Positions 14,322 through 14,821 of a stretch of DNA of 14,821 bases are shown here, one piece after another. Origin of the DNA: Candidatus Wukongarchaeum yapensis. Its GTDB lineage: Archaea > Asgardarchaeota > Wukongarchaeia > Wukongarchaeales > Wukongarchaeaceae. The notes under the pieces are model-generated. The model was not told where the DNA came from, did no database searches, and saw only the letters and a list, made by a program, of their open reading frames with translations. Both the position numbers and the translations under genes were made by a program. The stretch lies in assembly GCA_016840425.1 (NCBI GenBank), contig JAEOSI010000031.1, positions 1 through 14,821 of the forward strand. Direction: 5' to 3'. Numbering within the stretch: the stretch's first letter is position 1; the number at the start of each line of letters is the position of its first letter.

Positions 14322-14821
14322 ATGGAAAACCAAGGAAAAGTTAAAAGACGTTTTATAAAAAACTTTTTTTCTTCTTCTTGGATTATTCTCCTGATTATTC
14401 TCGTTTTAGCTTTGCTTATCAGGCTTATAGTAATTTTTGTCTATGGAGGAGAATCTTATAGAGGCGATGCAGCACTTTATAAAGACAGGGCAGACAACCT
14501 CCTAGAAGGCAAGGTTCCTTACCGTGATTTTCTTGACCCAAAACCTCCCCTACTAATCCTCACAATAGCTTTCTGGTTCTTTATCACTGATAGTTCTTCT
14601 TTGTTGTCGATTAAGATTCTTTTCTCTTTATTCGACCTTATCTGCATAGTTATCGGATATTTTTATCTAAAAGAAAGAGCACCAAACAAGCTTTCTTTGC
14701 TGATTTTTCTTTTAATGATTGCTTTAAACCCTATTATATTTGCTAACTCGGCATACTATGGCCGTCATTACATAATACCAGCAACCCTACTCATGATCTC
14801 CTTATTAACCCTTAAAAATGG
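14322..14821 (+). CDS. Second GT-C glycosyltransferase paralogue, 3'-truncated by window end (absent from the supplied ORF track)
   Basis: ATG 14322 opens a stop-free frame to the end of the window: MENQGKVKRRFIKNFFSSSWIILLIILVLALLIRLIVIFVYGGESYRGDAALYKDRADNLLEGKVPYRDFLDPKPPLLIL...ALNPIIFANS. Confidence 0.85.
   Translation, partial: MENQGKVKRRFIKNFFSSSWIILLIILVLALLIRLIVIFVYGGESYRGDAALYKDRADNLLEGKVPYRDFLDPKPPLLILTIAFWFFITDSSSLLSIKILFSLFDLICIVIGYFYLKERAPNKLSLLIFLLMIALNPIIFANSAYYGRHYIIPATLLMISLLTLKN

Overview
AT-rich archaeal chromosomal window, probably Asgard-like; this is inferred from gene content (topo VI, GGR, archaeal SepF, Zn-ribbon/CdvA-like coiled coil, GT-C glycosyltransferases, membrane-anchored caspase-like protease) and not verified. 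Left to right: a partial membrane-anchored Ig-like protein converging on a membrane-anchored C14 peptidase; a minus-strand run GGR -> Glu-rich/SCP2-like protein -> sepF; a divergent 2[4Fe-4S] ferredoxin and a 72-aa Trp/acidic microprotein; a MetE catalytic-domain-like Zn methyltransferase; then top6B, top6A, a metallophosphoesterase, a Zn-ribbon coiled-coil protein and two tandem GT-C glycosyltransferases, the last truncated by the window edge. No rRNA, tRNA, CRISPR array or transposase is supported. The most unusual observations are a 164-bp-period tandem duplication of the GGR/ferredoxin divergent promoter that creates a decoy GGR start, a basic-head/W-acidic-repeat microprotein, long H1-like Lys-rich tails on both topo VI subunits plus a ~90-aa insert in the Top6B ATPase domain, and a structured GC-enriched 136-nt island after sepF.
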